IMG/VR virus record: IMGVR_UViG_3300037466_002533
Coordinates: 24,763 to 88,762 of that record
Reading direction: 5' to 3' (one strand)
DNA: 64,000 bases
Source of the DNA: a virus
Taxonomy: Duplodnaviria > Caudoviricetes
Part shown: one piece after another, positions 50,362-60,989 of the stretch
Position numbering within the stretch: the stretch's first letter is position 1
Layout: every line of letters starts with the position of its first letter
Notes under the pieces: generated by a model
Seen by the model: the letters and a program-made list of their open reading frames with translations, nothing else
Told to the model about the DNA's origin: nothing
Databases searched by the model: none
Program-made: the position numbers and the translations under genes

Positions 50362-51810
50362 TCAGATGGTGGTGGTCGTGTCGCCACTGGTGACGTCGAG
50401 GGTGAACTGCACGACGATGTAGTTCAGAGGCAGGCTTGCCTTCCAAGCGAAGCTGATCTGTACCACGTCCAGATTGGTCGAGGACTGACGAACGGTCAGG
50501 CCCTGGTACGAGGCGATGGACTGGTCCGCGATCAGGCTCTGCAGGGCAGACTCGGCCGATGCCTTGACGTTAGCCATGGTCGTGTCGGTGATGATGGAGC
50601 CGATGATGCCGTCGGTGTCGAAGAAGCTGCGCAGACGGAAGGACATGGCGTCCTGCTGCGACAGGATCGACCACTCGCGGGTCACGATCGAGGATGGGTC
50701 CGTGGTGACGCCGTGACGCACCCGCAGGGAGCCGGTGTTGTTCAGGCTGTCGATCACCAGCAGACCGCCCTGGGTCTCACGACTCTTCTGCGCGTCCGCC
50801 GCGTTGGGTACGCTGGCGAAGCCCAGCACCTGCTTGCGGGTCAGCGGGGTGGCCGGGGACAGCGACACCGCGACACCCGCCAGGGCTGCTGCCAGGTACT
50901 GGCCGCCCAGCACCACCGTCTTGTTCAGGCTGGTGTTGTAGTAGTTCACCACGGCCGGGGACACCAGCGCGACACGGCTGGACTCGATGGCCTGTGCGTA
51001 GGAGATCAGGGTGGAGGAGTCGATGGCGGTGCTCGATCCGTCCACGCCCAGGATCGCCTTGCGCTCGGCACGGGCGGACGACTGGCTCACCACATGGTCG
51101 CGAACGGCGGTGTGCAGTCCACTGCTGCCGTTGGCGCACACCACGACCGAGATGTCGAGGATACCCTCGAAAGTGGCCAGGGCGTCACGGTAGTCGGAGA
51201 CCTGAGGGGAGTTCGGGTTCTTGACGGCTGCTGCCACGATGGTGCGGGCGCCGTTCAGGAAGGCGAAGGAGCACGCCAGGGTCAGCTCGGAGGCCACCGT
51301 TCCGTCGGTGTTGAGCGCCGGTCCGAACAGGGACTCTGCGTCCTGGAAGTCGTAGATGCGGTGCGGCAGGTAGTAGTTCTCGTCGGTGTAGTGGAACGAG
51401 ACCTGCACCTGGGCACCGGCCGCCAGCAGACCGCCCAGAACACGGACGATCTGGTAGCTGGAGTCGAAGCCTCCGCTGACGCCGGACGGGCCGGTGGTCG
51501 ACACCACGGCGTAGTCGCCGTTCGGTGGGGAGGTGGTGCTCTGCTGGGTGTACACCGTGCCGGTGGTCGCATCGGTCACGACGATGCTGTCCAGGATCAG
51601 GCCGTGACGGCGCAGGACGGCGGAAGCCACCGGGTTGCCGCCATCGTCATCGGGGATGGTGATGGTCTGCAGGTCGGTCTGGTAGCCCCTACCGACACCG
51701 AAGATTCCGACGGCGCTGGGTGTGGCCGACTGAACGCTGATCTGCGGGCCTGGCGTTGCCGAGGTGTATACGCCGGGCGGGTTGTAGCGCGAGAGATCGG
51801 GTGCTGTCAT
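50362..51810 (-). CDS. Tail sheath protein
   Basis: YNPPGVY N-terminus, HV..QS....ERKAILG, AAALAG, LTRK, LRVRHGVTT. Confidence 0.92.
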   Translation of the reverse strand: MTAPDLSRYNPPGVYTSATPGPQISVQSATPSAVGIFGVGRGYQTDLQTITIPDDDGGNPVASAVLRRHGLILDSIVVTDATTGTVYTQQSTTSPPNGDYAVVSTTGPSGVSGGFDSSYQIVRVLGGLLAAGAQVQVSFHYTDENYYLPHRIYDFQDAESLFGPALNTDGTVASELTLACSFAFLNGARTIVAAAVKNPNSPQVSDYRDALATFEGILDISVVVCANGSSGLHTAVRDHVVSQSSARAERKAILGVDGSSTAIDSSTLISYAQAIESSRVALVSPAVVNYYNTSLNKTVVLGGQYLAAALAGVAVSLSPATPLTRKQVLGFASVPNAADAQKSRETQGGLLVIDSLNNTGSLRVRHGVTTDPSSIVTREWSILSQQDAMSFRLRSFFDTDGIIGSIITDTTMANVKASAESALQSLIADQSIASYQGLTVRQSSTNLDVVQISFAWKASLPLNYIVVQFTLDVTSGDTTTTI

Positions 51811-51894
51811 TTGATCGGTCTCACCTTTCGGACGTGCGAAATCATGTTGGTCCTCACTTTTTATGCCGTCGTCGCCGTTCGGTTTGCTATTTCC

Positions 51895-52554
51895 TTAGAG
51901 GTCGACGTGGAGATCAGGATCGAGGACCGAAGGATCCTGGCCGACCCACCCGTCCGCCACCAGTTCCACACCAGCAACGTTGGAGGTGGTCTGCGAGAAG
52001 GTGGACTGGACCTGACCGACCACGCGGATCGAATAGACGTCCTGGTAGACGAGAGCTTCTGGGTCCCAGGGGGATCCGACGTTGGTGGTTTGGCCGCCCG
52101 GAATGAACTGGTCCCGGTCCACGGACATGTTGATGGTGCTGTCGTGCAGGATCTCATCGAACTTCTGGGCCGCCGGGTGGAAGTTGCTGAATGCGAACAT
52201 GTTTAGGAGCTGGCTGGAGTAGGCGTCCCGCTCGAACGACGTCATGGACATAAGGGTCATCCGGCTGGCGCCCTCGAAGTACCATTCCCCGCTCATGTTT
52301 CCTTCCTCGTTGACCAGGAAGTGCCCGATGCCTGCGGCCTGGAACTTGGTGAAGGAGAACTCCACCCATAGATGCGGGTAGGAGGCCAGCTCCATCGGAT
52401 ATTCCATGGACACCTGCAGACTGCCGAGCTTCCGGTCCGGGTACTGCGGGTCCTGGATGGTCCCTCTGAGGGCTCGAATGATCGTGGTCTTGAACTGGAT
52501 GATTAGATCGCTGTCGACCGCCGCTTGCGGAAGGTTGGGGTCGATGGACACCAT
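51895..52554 (-). CDS. Tail terminator/completion protein (putative)
   Basis: Position upstream of the sheath. Confidence 0.55.
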   Translation of the reverse strand: MVSIDPNLPQAAVDSDLIIQFKTTIIRALRGTIQDPQYPDRKLGSLQVSMEYPMELASYPHLWVEFSFTKFQAAGIGHFLVNEEGNMSGEWYFEGASRMTLMSMTSFERDAYSSQLLNMFAFSNFHPAAQKFDEILHDSTINMSVDRDQFIPGGQTTNVGSPWDPEALVYQDVYSIRVVGQVQSTFSQTTSNVAGVELVADGWVGQDPSVLDPDLHVDL

Positions 52555-53012
52555 CAGGGATTCACCTCGCTGTCATATCCGAGAAGACTGGCCATCAGCG
52601 ACTGCAGGGCCGGTTTGGTCTCCCGCACGGCGTCGTTGATCGCATTTCCCATGAAGTTGGTGGGCTGAATGCCGGGGTGGCGCCACTTCTGGTCCCGCCA
52701 CTTCTTGACGCCGCCGGGAAGGGTGACCCATCCGGGCAGGCCGACTCCCACCACCTTGACGAAGTGTAGTCCGGAGGCGTCCTTGATCGGGACAGTCTTG
52801 CCCTCCAGGGACCGCATCAGGAACGGCCAGGTTCCCTGATCCTGGTACATCAGGTACTTCAGCTCGGTGTGGATCCCCACCTTGCCGTTGTCGAAGATGG
52901 GGCTGAGTGCGTATCCGGAACTCCACCTGCGGTAGGACATGTACTCGCGGGCACGGCGAACCGCAGACTCCGCCACGATCTTGGTGTAGGATTCCGGCAT
53001 ATCGACAATCAT
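52554..53012 (-). CDS. Neck / tail completion protein (putative; MIVDMPESY...)
   Basis: ATGA coupling; KWRHPGIQPTNFM resembles HK97-gp10-type proteins; track ORF over-extended. Confidence 0.6.
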   Translation of the reverse strand: MIVDMPESYTKIVAESAVRRAREYMSYRRWSSGYALSPIFDNGKVGIHTELKYLMYQDQGTWPFLMRSLEGKTVPIKDASGLHFVKVVGVGLPGWVTLPGGVKKWRDQKWRHPGIQPTNFMGNAINDAVRETKPALQSLMASLLGYDSEVNP

Positions 53013-53611
53013 CTGACCTCGCCGTCCGCCCGGGGGAACTGGACCTGGGCCATGATGTTGAATCGGTAGATGAAGTGGTTGGGTGGCAACAAGTTCGCAC
53101 TCACGAGCTGCGCCACTTGCAGCATGTCGGCGTTGCCGTACATGTTCCCGCTTCGGATGGAGAAGTTCTGCGAGTCCTGCACCAGGTACCGCTCGGCGAA
53201 GGTCAGCGGGGAGTTCTTGCCGATGTCCCAACTGGAGACTCGCACCAGGTAGTCGTTCTCGTACAGGGCTGGCCATGGCTCGGTCTGTACCGAGCTGGTG
53301 CCCTTCAGGTACACACCGGCCTTGGCGATGTGCTCGGGATCGTTACGGACGTCGTTGAAGATGGCCCAGATTCTCCAGGCCGCCTTGACCCCACCGGAGA
53401 AGGTGGTGCCGAAGCAGGACGGACACTCATACTGCTGACTGTTCTCGTAGACGTCATTGAAACACACGCAGCGGGGAGCGGTTTCGTCGTCCACGCCGAC
53501 TCGGTACATGTTCAGGGCGATGATCTCCTCGCCGATCATGCGTGCGGCATCCGCCACCTTGGCGTAGGCGGTGTTGACGGCGTATGGCTCTGGTACCTTC
53601 AGCAACGGCAT
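53009..53611 (-). CDS. Head closure / head-tail adaptor (putative)
   Basis: RCVC...CPSCFGTTFSGG; neck position. Confidence 0.6.
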   Translation of the reverse strand: MPLLKVPEPYAVNTAYAKVADAARMIGEEIIALNMYRVGVDDETAPRCVCFNDVYENSQQYECPSCFGTTFSGGVKAAWRIWAIFNDVRNDPEHIAKAGVYLKGTSSVQTEPWPALYENDYLVRVSSWDIGKNSPLTFAERYLVQDSQNFSIRSGNMYGNADMLQVAQLVSANLLPPNHFIYRFNIMAQVQFPRADGEVR

Positions 53612-54615
53612 CAGAAGGTCCGTCCGTAGCTGACCACGTAGGAGATCGGGTACCCGAACCGGGCGGCGCGGGTCTGTGCCGCGTAGGCGCCGGAGCGCCA
53701 GAAGCCACCGGCGGAGCCGAAGATGCCACCGGCCACCAGCAGGGATCCCCCGCCCAAGCCCAGCAGGGACCGCTTGAAGGACCGGACGGCCTTGTCGTAG
53801 TCGTCCTTCTCGTCGGCCAGGATCTGCCGCCAGCGGTCGGCGTAGTTGCTCCGGTCCAGGTAGGCCACACCAGGTCCGCCGGACATGGTGGGCTGCTCGG
53901 TGTAGGAGCGGATCAGGTGCCGGATCACCTCAAGGTAGGTGCCGATGATCAGCACTGAATAGTGCTTCTCCGGGAACTGCTTTCCGTTGCCGATGACCGA
54001 GTAGTTGGTGTACGGCTGGCTGGTGATGTTGATCCGATTGCAGGCCAGCTCCAAGCAGCGGGCGATCGTCTCGGTGCCGAAGTGGGTCTGGAACTCTTCC
54101 TTCAGGTGAGGACCGCCGTCGACGGAGTCGTACAGGTCGGCGAACATGTACCCGACCGTCCGGACGATGCCGCGCTCGCCGTCGCTGAGGAGGTCGAAGG
54201 TCGGCATGGGGTCGAGAACCTGGTAGTAGTCCCAGAACTCGTAATCCTCGGCCTGCACCCGGTACACCCACTTGATGGACAGCAGGCAAAGATCCTGAGT
54301 GACGGGAGACCCGAGGCGGAACTCGTAGACTCCGGTGTCGGGGTTGGCGATCTCGAAGGGGCCGGTGACCTGGTCCCCCAGCGAGTCGGCGCCCGGGGCG
54401 AAATCGGTGCGCTTGTACACCTCTACGCTCATGCTTCCGGCGTCGACGTTCGCCGGTTGGCCGTTGACGTTGACCTGCAGTCCGATCGAGGCCGTGCTGA
54501 ACCGTGATATCTCCTGGCGGATGGTGGCCACCTGGCCCAAGATCTTCGGTCGGAACACCTTGATACCCTCAGGGTTCGGTGACGGCGCAGTGTTGCTGCT
54601 CTCGTAGTCAGACAT
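53611..54615 (-). CDS. Head-tail adaptor protein (putative)
   Basis: N-terminal Ig-like region plus C-terminal adaptor-like region; synteny. Confidence 0.6.
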   Translation of the reverse strand: MSDYESSNTAPSPNPEGIKVFRPKILGQVATIRQEISRFSTASIGLQVNVNGQPANVDAGSMSVEVYKRTDFAPGADSLGDQVTGPFEIANPDTGVYEFRLGSPVTQDLCLLSIKWVYRVQAEDYEFWDYYQVLDPMPTFDLLSDGERGIVRTVGYMFADLYDSVDGGPHLKEEFQTHFGTETIARCLELACNRINITSQPYTNYSVIGNGKQFPEKHYSVLIIGTYLEVIRHLIRSYTEQPTMSGGPGVAYLDRSNYADRWRQILADEKDDYDKAVRSFKRSLLGLGGGSLLVAGGIFGSAGGFWRSGAYAAQTRAARFGYPISYVVSYGRTF

Positions 54616-54629
54616 GTATCAGCCCGTTC

Positions 54630-57600
54630 TTAGGAAACGATCGGCGCATCGGGGTGTCCCGCCGTCACGTACGACTGGGTCGACCCGTCTCCCTCATAGA
54701 AGGAAGAAGCGCTGCTAGTAGTTACCCGCTCTGCTCCCGGCAGGCGGTACGATGCGGCGAGCTTGATGTTGATCGGTAGCTCCCCGGTGGTACTGCGGAC
54801 CTGCCACGATTTGGCCCTCAGGGTGATGTTCGAGGGCAGGGTCCCGCTGGTGGAGACGACCGCCGATGCGATACCCTCCAGCCCGACGTTGACGAACGCC
54901 AGCGAGGTGCTTCGCGATCCACCGCTCAGCTCGGTGTTCACCAGGCCGACGTCCAGGTTCAGGGTTCCGGTGGTGGATAGCACGATCCAGGCGGACCCGG
55001 TGAGACCCACGGTGACGCCGGAGGATCCGGTGGCCTTCCCCACCGGAGATGCGCTGGCCGACAGTCCAGCACCCACGCCGACCTCTCCTGATGCAGGCTT
55101 GACCAGGAACGTTTTGGTGATATCCAATTTTACGCCGATTGGCAGGGTTCCGGACACCACGCCGACAGGCACTGTAGAGGTTGCCACCAGCCCCACGCCG
55201 AGGGGTATCGAGCCGGAGCGGATGTAGGTAGGTAGGCTCGCGCCCCCGGTCAGTCCCACCGTCATCGGGGTGGAACCGGAGGTTTTGCCGATCGGCCTCT
55301 CGGTCGAGGAAGGTCCGATGGAGATGGGTAGGATGCCGGAAGTCCTCATGATGGGGAAGATGGAGCCGGTCAGGCCCACAGCCAAGGGGATAGATCCCTG
55401 GGCCGTACCGAGCTGGTAGGCGGTACCAACCAGACCCACGGTGATCGCGGGTCCCGCCACGGCGGTGCTGGGGTCGGACATCGCCATGGTCAGGATGTTG
55501 ACGTCCTTGTCCGGATCGTCCGCCACCGTCGCCTGTATCGTGGCTATCGATCCAACATGGTCCTGGTGGAATGCGATGTCTAGCAACGGCTCTGCCACAT
55601 CGTCGTTTACTACCCCGATGGCTGTACCCTCCACCAGGCGGTCCGTACTCCACTCGATGCGCCGGTAGCCTGCTGGCATATCATCATTCTCGTAGGATCC
55701 CACCGATATGATGGTGAAGGTACCGTCCAGGCCAGACAGGATGACCGATGTATTCCCGGTGGCGGAGGATACCATCTGCGATCCAGCCGGGAGGCCGTAG
55801 ATTGATACGCCGAACTCCGAGTCCAGTTCGCCGGACTGGGAGATCACGGACTGCTCCTGTCCGCCGCCGGACTCCTTGGAGAACACCGATATCATATGTG
55901 AGCCGAACAGGCTGTTGGCCAGCAGCGCCCATCCATCCACAAACACCGAAGTGTTCCTGCTGCGGACGAACATGAGCATGAGGTCCCCGGTCGCAGGCTG
56001 TTGGTAGCTCACGATTGCCGACCCATCGCCGGAGGTCACGACATTGGGGTCGTCCAGTACGTTGGTCCATCTCCTATTCGGAGAGATGCTCGGGCCGATG
56101 ATCACCTCGATGTCGACAGCGGCACTGAATGTGGCGCCTGACTGGGTGGGCAGCTCCATCTTGGCGGTGTTGATGTCGTTTACCACCATGATCGGCACAT
56201 TGCCGTCGCTCGGATCGAGGGTCCTCGGGAAGACGTACATCTTGTTCCCGACATGGGGCGCCACCCGGTACCCCGGAGTATACAAGGTGTGCACATCCGA
56301 GTTATCGTGGATCTGAATCTCGTTGCCACCCTGCGGATAGTCGACCGTCTTCCAATCGTTGTCGAACACCATCCACGGGATCGATGAGGTGGACACAAAC
56401 AGGTCGCTGGCGACTTCGGCCCCGGTGCGGTCCTGCACCTTGCTCCAGGACCCTCCGAACTCGTTCCAGGTGTACCCCCAGAGGTCTTCGGCGTGAATAT
56501 CCCCGCTATTGGACAGGGTAAGCACCACTGAGTCGACGCCTTGGGCGGCCATGTTGGTGGGAACCGCCCAGTCGGTCAGGAGCGGGTCGTCATCGAACCG
56601 CTCAGGCTGTACCCATGCGCTGGAGTGTAGCGGTTTGACGTAGATGGCGGCAGGGTTGATCGCCACCAGAGTTCCGTCCAGGGATACGGCCAGGGCCGGT
56701 GTGTCGAGTCCGGAGTCCTGGGCCAGAGGAATCGGGGTGACCTGGCTCAGGGTGCCGGACGATACGTCGTAAACCTCGCCGAACCAGGCGATCCCATTCT
56801 TGATCCGGCTGAAGAAGTAAAGCAGCTCGTTGTCCGGGTCAAAGGTGACGGCCACCGTGGAGAAGTTGTTCTGGGAACCCTGAACCTTTTGGTACTCATA
56901 GGACATGACCCAGGTGTCGTTCGTCAGGCGCCAGATCCGCTGCTTCCCGGTTGCCGTCTCATCGATAGAGTTTGTGAATGCGAACAGGTCTCCGGCCTTG
57001 GAAGCGAAAAGATATGAGCTGGTTACGGTATCGCCGTCCACCACGGAGTTGGTGGGCTGAATCAGGGAGTTGAACGACACCCGCCTGTCCGGGGAATACA
57101 CCTCTTTGCCACTATCCGGTCCGGTCATGACGCTGCCGACGATGTCGCCGGAGCTGGTGAACCCAGCAACTCCCGGGGCTACGATGGCCACCGTGTAGGT
57201 CACTCCGGAGTACAGCGGTACCGGGCTCGGCCACTTGACGATGACCCATCCCTCTTCCGGATCACTCACCGAGGTCAGCGCCAACAGCTCCTCGGTGTCG
57301 GTCCTCCATAGTCCGATGGTGACCGGGGTCTTGGTGGTCCACGATGGGTTATAGTAGAAGCGTCCCGCCGTGCTCACATACCCTTCGGCCGTTACCACCA
57401 ACTTGCGGCCGATGACTCTGCTGGTGCCGAATACGATGGGCTGGGTGGGGGTGCTGGAGCTGTCGTAGAGGTAGGATGGCAGAGTCTCGACCAGTCCAGT
57501 GCTGATCGGCAGGGATCCGGTTGTGACGCCGATAGGTACGGCGCTTCCCACCAGGCCGACCGAATATGGCAGGGCCGTCCAAGAAGTAGGGACGTTGACC

Positions 57601-60170
57601 GCGACCACGGTGCCAGTGAACGTGTTCGGCTGTACACTTCCACCGCCTACCAGCGGAACCACCTGTGCAGATGACAGTTTCGCATCCCTGGTGTACGGAG
57701 AGGAGGACAGGGTTCTCGGGTACACGGCGATGCCGAGGGACGATTGGGTGCCGAAGAGGTCACCGGCGTACAACAGCTCGTCGGCCTCGTCCTCCCATAC
57801 CACGTACCTGGGCATATATCCGCCCACGGTCGGGGTCACCGGTGCCGATGTCACGATGTCGATGATGGTGTTGACGAAGGGAACACCGGACGAGAGGGTC
57901 AATGATCCGGAGATGCTTTCCTGGGCGGTGCTGCTGCCCTTCGCCACAACGCTTGAGCCAGCGGGGAACTCGTATACCACCACCTTGTCGACGGCAGTAC
58001 TGAAGGTGATCGAGTTGGCCCCGGCGATGGCGTTCTTGCTGTATACGAAGTAACCGTTGGTGCTGTCGTAGGCCTCGCTGGTCCAGCCGGACGGAGCGGT
58101 CGGAAGGCTCGGGCCCGCTCCCACGGCGACCAGCAGGCTGCCTTCTGCACTGTTGACGACAATGGTGTTGCCATCGTCCTTACTGAACCGGTTGCGGGAC
58201 AGCCACGGCTTTTCTGTGTTGGGAACGATCTTGCTCAGTGAGATGTCAACGAAGCCGTACCACGAGGATGGGGCGAACCCGGAGGGGAGGTCCGGAATGA
58301 TGCCGGAGAGGATATACCCCACGGTGGCGGACACCACGCTGTTGGAGATGACACTTCCACCGCCGGTGCTGGAATAGGGGATGGTGATCGGACCGGTGCC
58401 AGGGAGGTGGATGGCGACGTAGTAGCTTCCGTCAATCGGGGACACCGAGATCGGGCCCTGGTCCCACTGGATATCTATCCACCCCTCGGGGTCGGACGGC
58501 TGCTGGACCCGACTCCCGGTGGCGATCAGATCCCGACGAGACGATCCATTGCGAAACAGGTACAGTCCGGCCTTGATCTCCTGATTATCGAATGTCGTGC
58601 CGATCTTGTAGTAGCGGGCTCCGGTCGCGAAGTATCCGCTCTGCAGCATGGTGATCTTGGTGGCAATGTTGGACACCGAGGTGGAGAGGGTACCGGGCAC
58701 CTGGTTGGTAAAGGCGTGGATCGGCTGGTCTCCGAACAGGGTTGTGGTGATCGGTAGGGTTCCGGTGGTGGCTACCACCTTCACCGCCGTTCCCACCAGG
58801 CCGACAGAGACTCCGAGCGGAGATGGTGTGGGCGGCCCGACAAAACCTGGAGCGCTACGGATCACCACGTCATCGATATAGATGCTCGCCGCTGACTTGT
58901 AGGCGCCCAGGTTGGGAATCATCTGCTGAGATGTCGGCCGCCAGGAGAAGGAGGTGGAGACCGTGGCAGCAGGCGTGGCGGTGCTGACGCTGTGGTCATA
59001 GACGTTGGCGTTAATGGAGATGCTCTGGTTGAAGCTGCTGTCCTGAATCCTTCCCCGGAACCAGATGTCGAAGGTGTATTGGGTTCCGATGGCAGTAGTT
59101 ATTCCGGTGTCCACCCCGACTATCTTTATCTTGCCGGAGCTGTCCGACGTCACCAGGGGAATGGATGTGAGGGCGGTATCCCCGGGGATCTGACACACGG
59201 TGGTACTCGGCACTAGCCCCCGGGCGGTGAACTTGATGGATCCGGCGAAGTAGTTCCAGGTGGGGATCGAGCTGGACAGCGTGGCGATGTCGGATGTGGA
59301 AGTGGAGACGCAGCGGTAGGACTTGGCCCCGTTCAGGGCTGAGGTATCAACGGTCGTCAAGGTCGAGGAGCCGGTCTGGGTTACGGTAAGGAAGTCCGAG
59401 GTTCCCTGGTTGTCATTGGTGGTAGCACCCACCGTGGCCAGCTCGGCGTTGTTCGTGATGATCCACGACGACTGGGCGGCGCGGGCATACTGGATGATAC
59501 CGATGTATGCGGGAATGCTCGGGTACTGATACTCCGCGATGGCCTTGTTATTCGGGTCAGAGTACTCCTGGGTCAAGTGCGTGACCTTGACGGTGTCGTT
59601 GTTGGTGGCGTTGGTCGACGGCACCCACACACCGTTCACCTTGGTTAGTGGATCGCCTGCGGTGGACGGTAGCGCGAAGGCCACGGACGTAACCAGTCCG
59701 TTGGGAGTCGGCGCCGGAAGGCTGCCCAGGCCACTGGTAATGCCCTGAGCCGTAGGGGTATTGACGACCACAGATAGGGACTCTTGGCCGTCGGAGAAGA
59801 CGTCCGACCACTTGTCATAGGACCAGACGGCGATTCCGAAGTAGGCGTACACCGAGGAGTCGGTGATGCTGAAGGTACCGTTGGTCGAGTACGAGGAGTC
59901 GTCAGTGTCCTTGTAATATAGGAAGAGCTGCAGATCGTTGTTGATCGAGTACTGCCGCAGCAGTTGCAGTCCCAGGGGCGCGTTCAGGGTTACGGGAACA
60001 GTGCTGCCGCTGAGGTTGACGCGAGGGTAGGCAACAGCCACCGCCACCATGATCCGAGACATGGCGGGCAGGCTCGCGGGAATGGTTACACCGCACGACT
60101 TATTCCAGCCGATCAGTGCAGAGGCATCGACCGGACTGGAGTTGGGTAGCACTACATAGCCAGAAGACAT
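54630..60170 (-). CDS. Giant multidomain virion protein (1846 aa) with two DUF4082-like modules and repeat linkers
   Basis: TGARYYK...GLY....LIA...GWI.I and AGRFYY...IGLW....LLA...GWV.V; recurring (S/T)G(T/S)LP(I/V).VGL.G repeats. Confidence 0.7.
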   Translation of the reverse strand: MSSGYVVLPNSSPVDASALIGWNKSCGVTIPASLPAMSRIMVAVAVAYPRVNLSGSTVPVTLNAPLGLQLLRQYSINNDLQLFLYYKDTDDSSYSTNGTFSITDSSVYAYFGIAVWSYDKWSDVFSDGQESLSVVVNTPTAQGITSGLGSLPAPTPNGLVTSVAFALPSTAGDPLTKVNGVWVPSTNATNNDTVKVTHLTQEYSDPNNKAIAEYQYPSIPAYIGIIQYARAAQSSWIITNNAELATVGATTNDNQGTSDFLTVTQTGSSTLTTVDTSALNGAKSYRCVSTSTSDIATLSSSIPTWNYFAGSIKFTARGLVPSTTVCQIPGDTALTSIPLVTSDSSGKIKIVGVDTGITTAIGTQYTFDIWFRGRIQDSSFNQSISINANVYDHSVSTATPAATVSTSFSWRPTSQQMIPNLGAYKSAASIYIDDVVIRSAPGFVGPPTPSPLGVSVGLVGTAVKVVATTGTLPITTTLFGDQPIHAFTNQVPGTLSTSVSNIATKITMLQSGYFATGARYYKIGTTFDNQEIKAGLYLFRNGSSRRDLIATGSRVQQPSDPEGWIDIQWDQGPISVSPIDGSYYVAIHLPGTGPITIPYSSTGGGSVISNSVVSATVGYILSGIIPDLPSGFAPSSWYGFVDISLSKIVPNTEKPWLSRNRFSKDDGNTIVVNSAEGSLLVAVGAGPSLPTAPSGWTSEAYDSTNGYFVYSKNAIAGANSITFSTAVDKVVVYEFPAGSSVVAKGSSTAQESISGSLTLSSGVPFVNTIIDIVTSAPVTPTVGGYMPRYVVWEDEADELLYAGDLFGTQSSLGIAVYPRTLSSSPYTRDAKLSSAQVVPLVGGGSVQPNTFTGTVVAVNVPTSWTALPYSVGLVGSAVPIGVTTGSLPISTGLVETLPSYLYDSSSTPTQPIVFGTSRVIGRKLVVTAEGYVSTAGRFYYNPSWTTKTPVTIGLWRTDTEELLALTSVSDPEEGWVIVKWPSPVPLYSGVTYTVAIVAPGVAGFTSSGDIVGSVMTGPDSGKEVYSPDRRVSFNSLIQPTNSVVDGDTVTSSYLFASKAGDLFAFTNSIDETATGKQRIWRLTNDTWVMSYEYQKVQGSQNNFSTVAVTFDPDNELLYFFSRIKNGIAWFGEVYDVSSGTLSQVTPIPLAQDSGLDTPALAVSLDGTLVAINPAAIYVKPLHSSAWVQPERFDDDPLLTDWAVPTNMAAQGVDSVVLTLSNSGDIHAEDLWGYTWNEFGGSWSKVQDRTGAEVASDLFVSTSSIPWMVFDNDWKTVDYPQGGNEIQIHDNSDVHTLYTPGYRVAPHVGNKMYVFPRTLDPSDGNVPIMVVNDINTAKMELPTQSGATFSAAVDIEVIIGPSISPNRRWTNVLDDPNVVTSGDGSAIVSYQQPATGDLMLMFVRSRNTSVFVDGWALLANSLFGSHMISVFSKESGGGQEQSVISQSGELDSEFGVSIYGLPAGSQMVSSATGNTSVILSGLDGTFTIISVGSYENDDMPAGYRRIEWSTDRLVEGTAIGVVNDDVAEPLLDIAFHQDHVGSIATIQATVADDPDKDVNILTMAMSDPSTAVAGPAITVGLVGTAYQLGTAQGSIPLAVGLTGSIFPIMRTSGILPISIGPSSTERPIGKTSGSTPMTVGLTGGASLPTYIRSGSIPLGVGLVATSTVPVGVVSGTLPIGVKLDITKTFLVKPASGEVGVGAGLSASASPVGKATGSSGVTVGLTGSAWIVLSTTGTLNLDVGLVNTELSGGSRSTSLAFVNVGLEGIASAVVSTSGTLPSNITLRAKSWQVRSTTGELPINIKLAASYRLPGAERVTTSSASSFYEGDGSTQSYVTAGHPDAPIVS

Positions 60171-60236
60171 GGTACTATCGGCCCCCTTCCTGTGCCAGAG
60201 CCAATTGGAAGCTGCTGCTCCGGCTCAGCTCTGGGT

Positions 60237-60587
60237 TCAGGAGGCGGTTACAGGCAGCGCTACAGTGAGCTTGATCTGACCCTGGGACGACATGGTCTGA
60301 GATACCGCTAGCGGGTTGCCGCCACGGAAGGTACCACCAGTGGAAGCGCTCCATACACCGAAGTGGGTGTAGGTACCGGCCGGTACGTCGAAGGTCACCT
60401 CGCCAGCAGTGGCGGTGCCGCTGGCTGCGGACGCGAAGGTCAACGCCTTGCGGGCGTATGCCGGAGTTCCTCCGGTGGCTTCGCTCGCTCCAGTCGACCC
60501 CGGGTTTCCGGTGTGCAGAGATGCGTACAGCAGGCGGGCAGCCTCAGCGTCGGCGACGGTGTTGCGCTCGGCATCGGTCAATGGCAT
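60237..60587 (-). CDS. Small virion fibre-associated protein
   Basis: LYASLHTGNPG..GASE..GG..YARKA...A.SG...VTFDVP.GT.THFGVW...TGGTF. Confidence 0.75.
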   Translation of the reverse strand: MPLTDAERNTVADAEAARLLYASLHTGNPGSTGASEATGGTPAYARKALTFASAASGTATAGEVTFDVPAGTYTHFGVWSASTGGTFRGGNPLAVSQTMSSQGQIKLTVALPVTAS

Positions 60588-60669
60588 TGGAGTATTCCCT
60601 CCATCGGGTTGTGATTCTTAGGGGCACGTCTGAAGTGCTACGTCATTGATTAGGTCCCTTTCGGGACCG

Positions 60670-60984
60670 TCATCTGATGTCGTCCCGCACGGTGACGAAG
60701 AAGTTGCCCTGCGCTGGCCAGGTCTGGATAGTTCCGTCCGACCAGGTCACCTCTACCTCGCCGGTATAGACCCCGGACTGGTCGAGATCCCCGTCCTGCC
60801 ATCGCATGACGATCTGGCCGTTGGAGGAGCCATCCACCGAACGGCTGATCAGCTTGGCGCCGAACCGGATCACCACCCTAATCTCGGCTGCGGCCGAGAG
60901 GTCGACGGGGGTCGATCCGTCGGTCAGGTTGAGGACCAGGTTCGGGGCGGTGTCTCCGCGCTTCATGTCCAGGTTGTTTGCCAC
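60670..60984 (-). CDS. BppU-like N-terminal domain protein
   Basis: MKRGDT.P.L...L.DG..PVDL..A...G...Y.GEVEVTW.DG..QTWP. Confidence 0.75.
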   Translation of the reverse strand: MANNLDMKRGDTAPNLVLNLTDGSTPVDLSAAAEIRVVIRFGAKLISRSVDGSSNGQIVMRWQDGDLDQSGVYTGEVEVTWSDGTIQTWPAQGNFFVTVRDDIR

Positions 60985-60989
60985 ACCTA

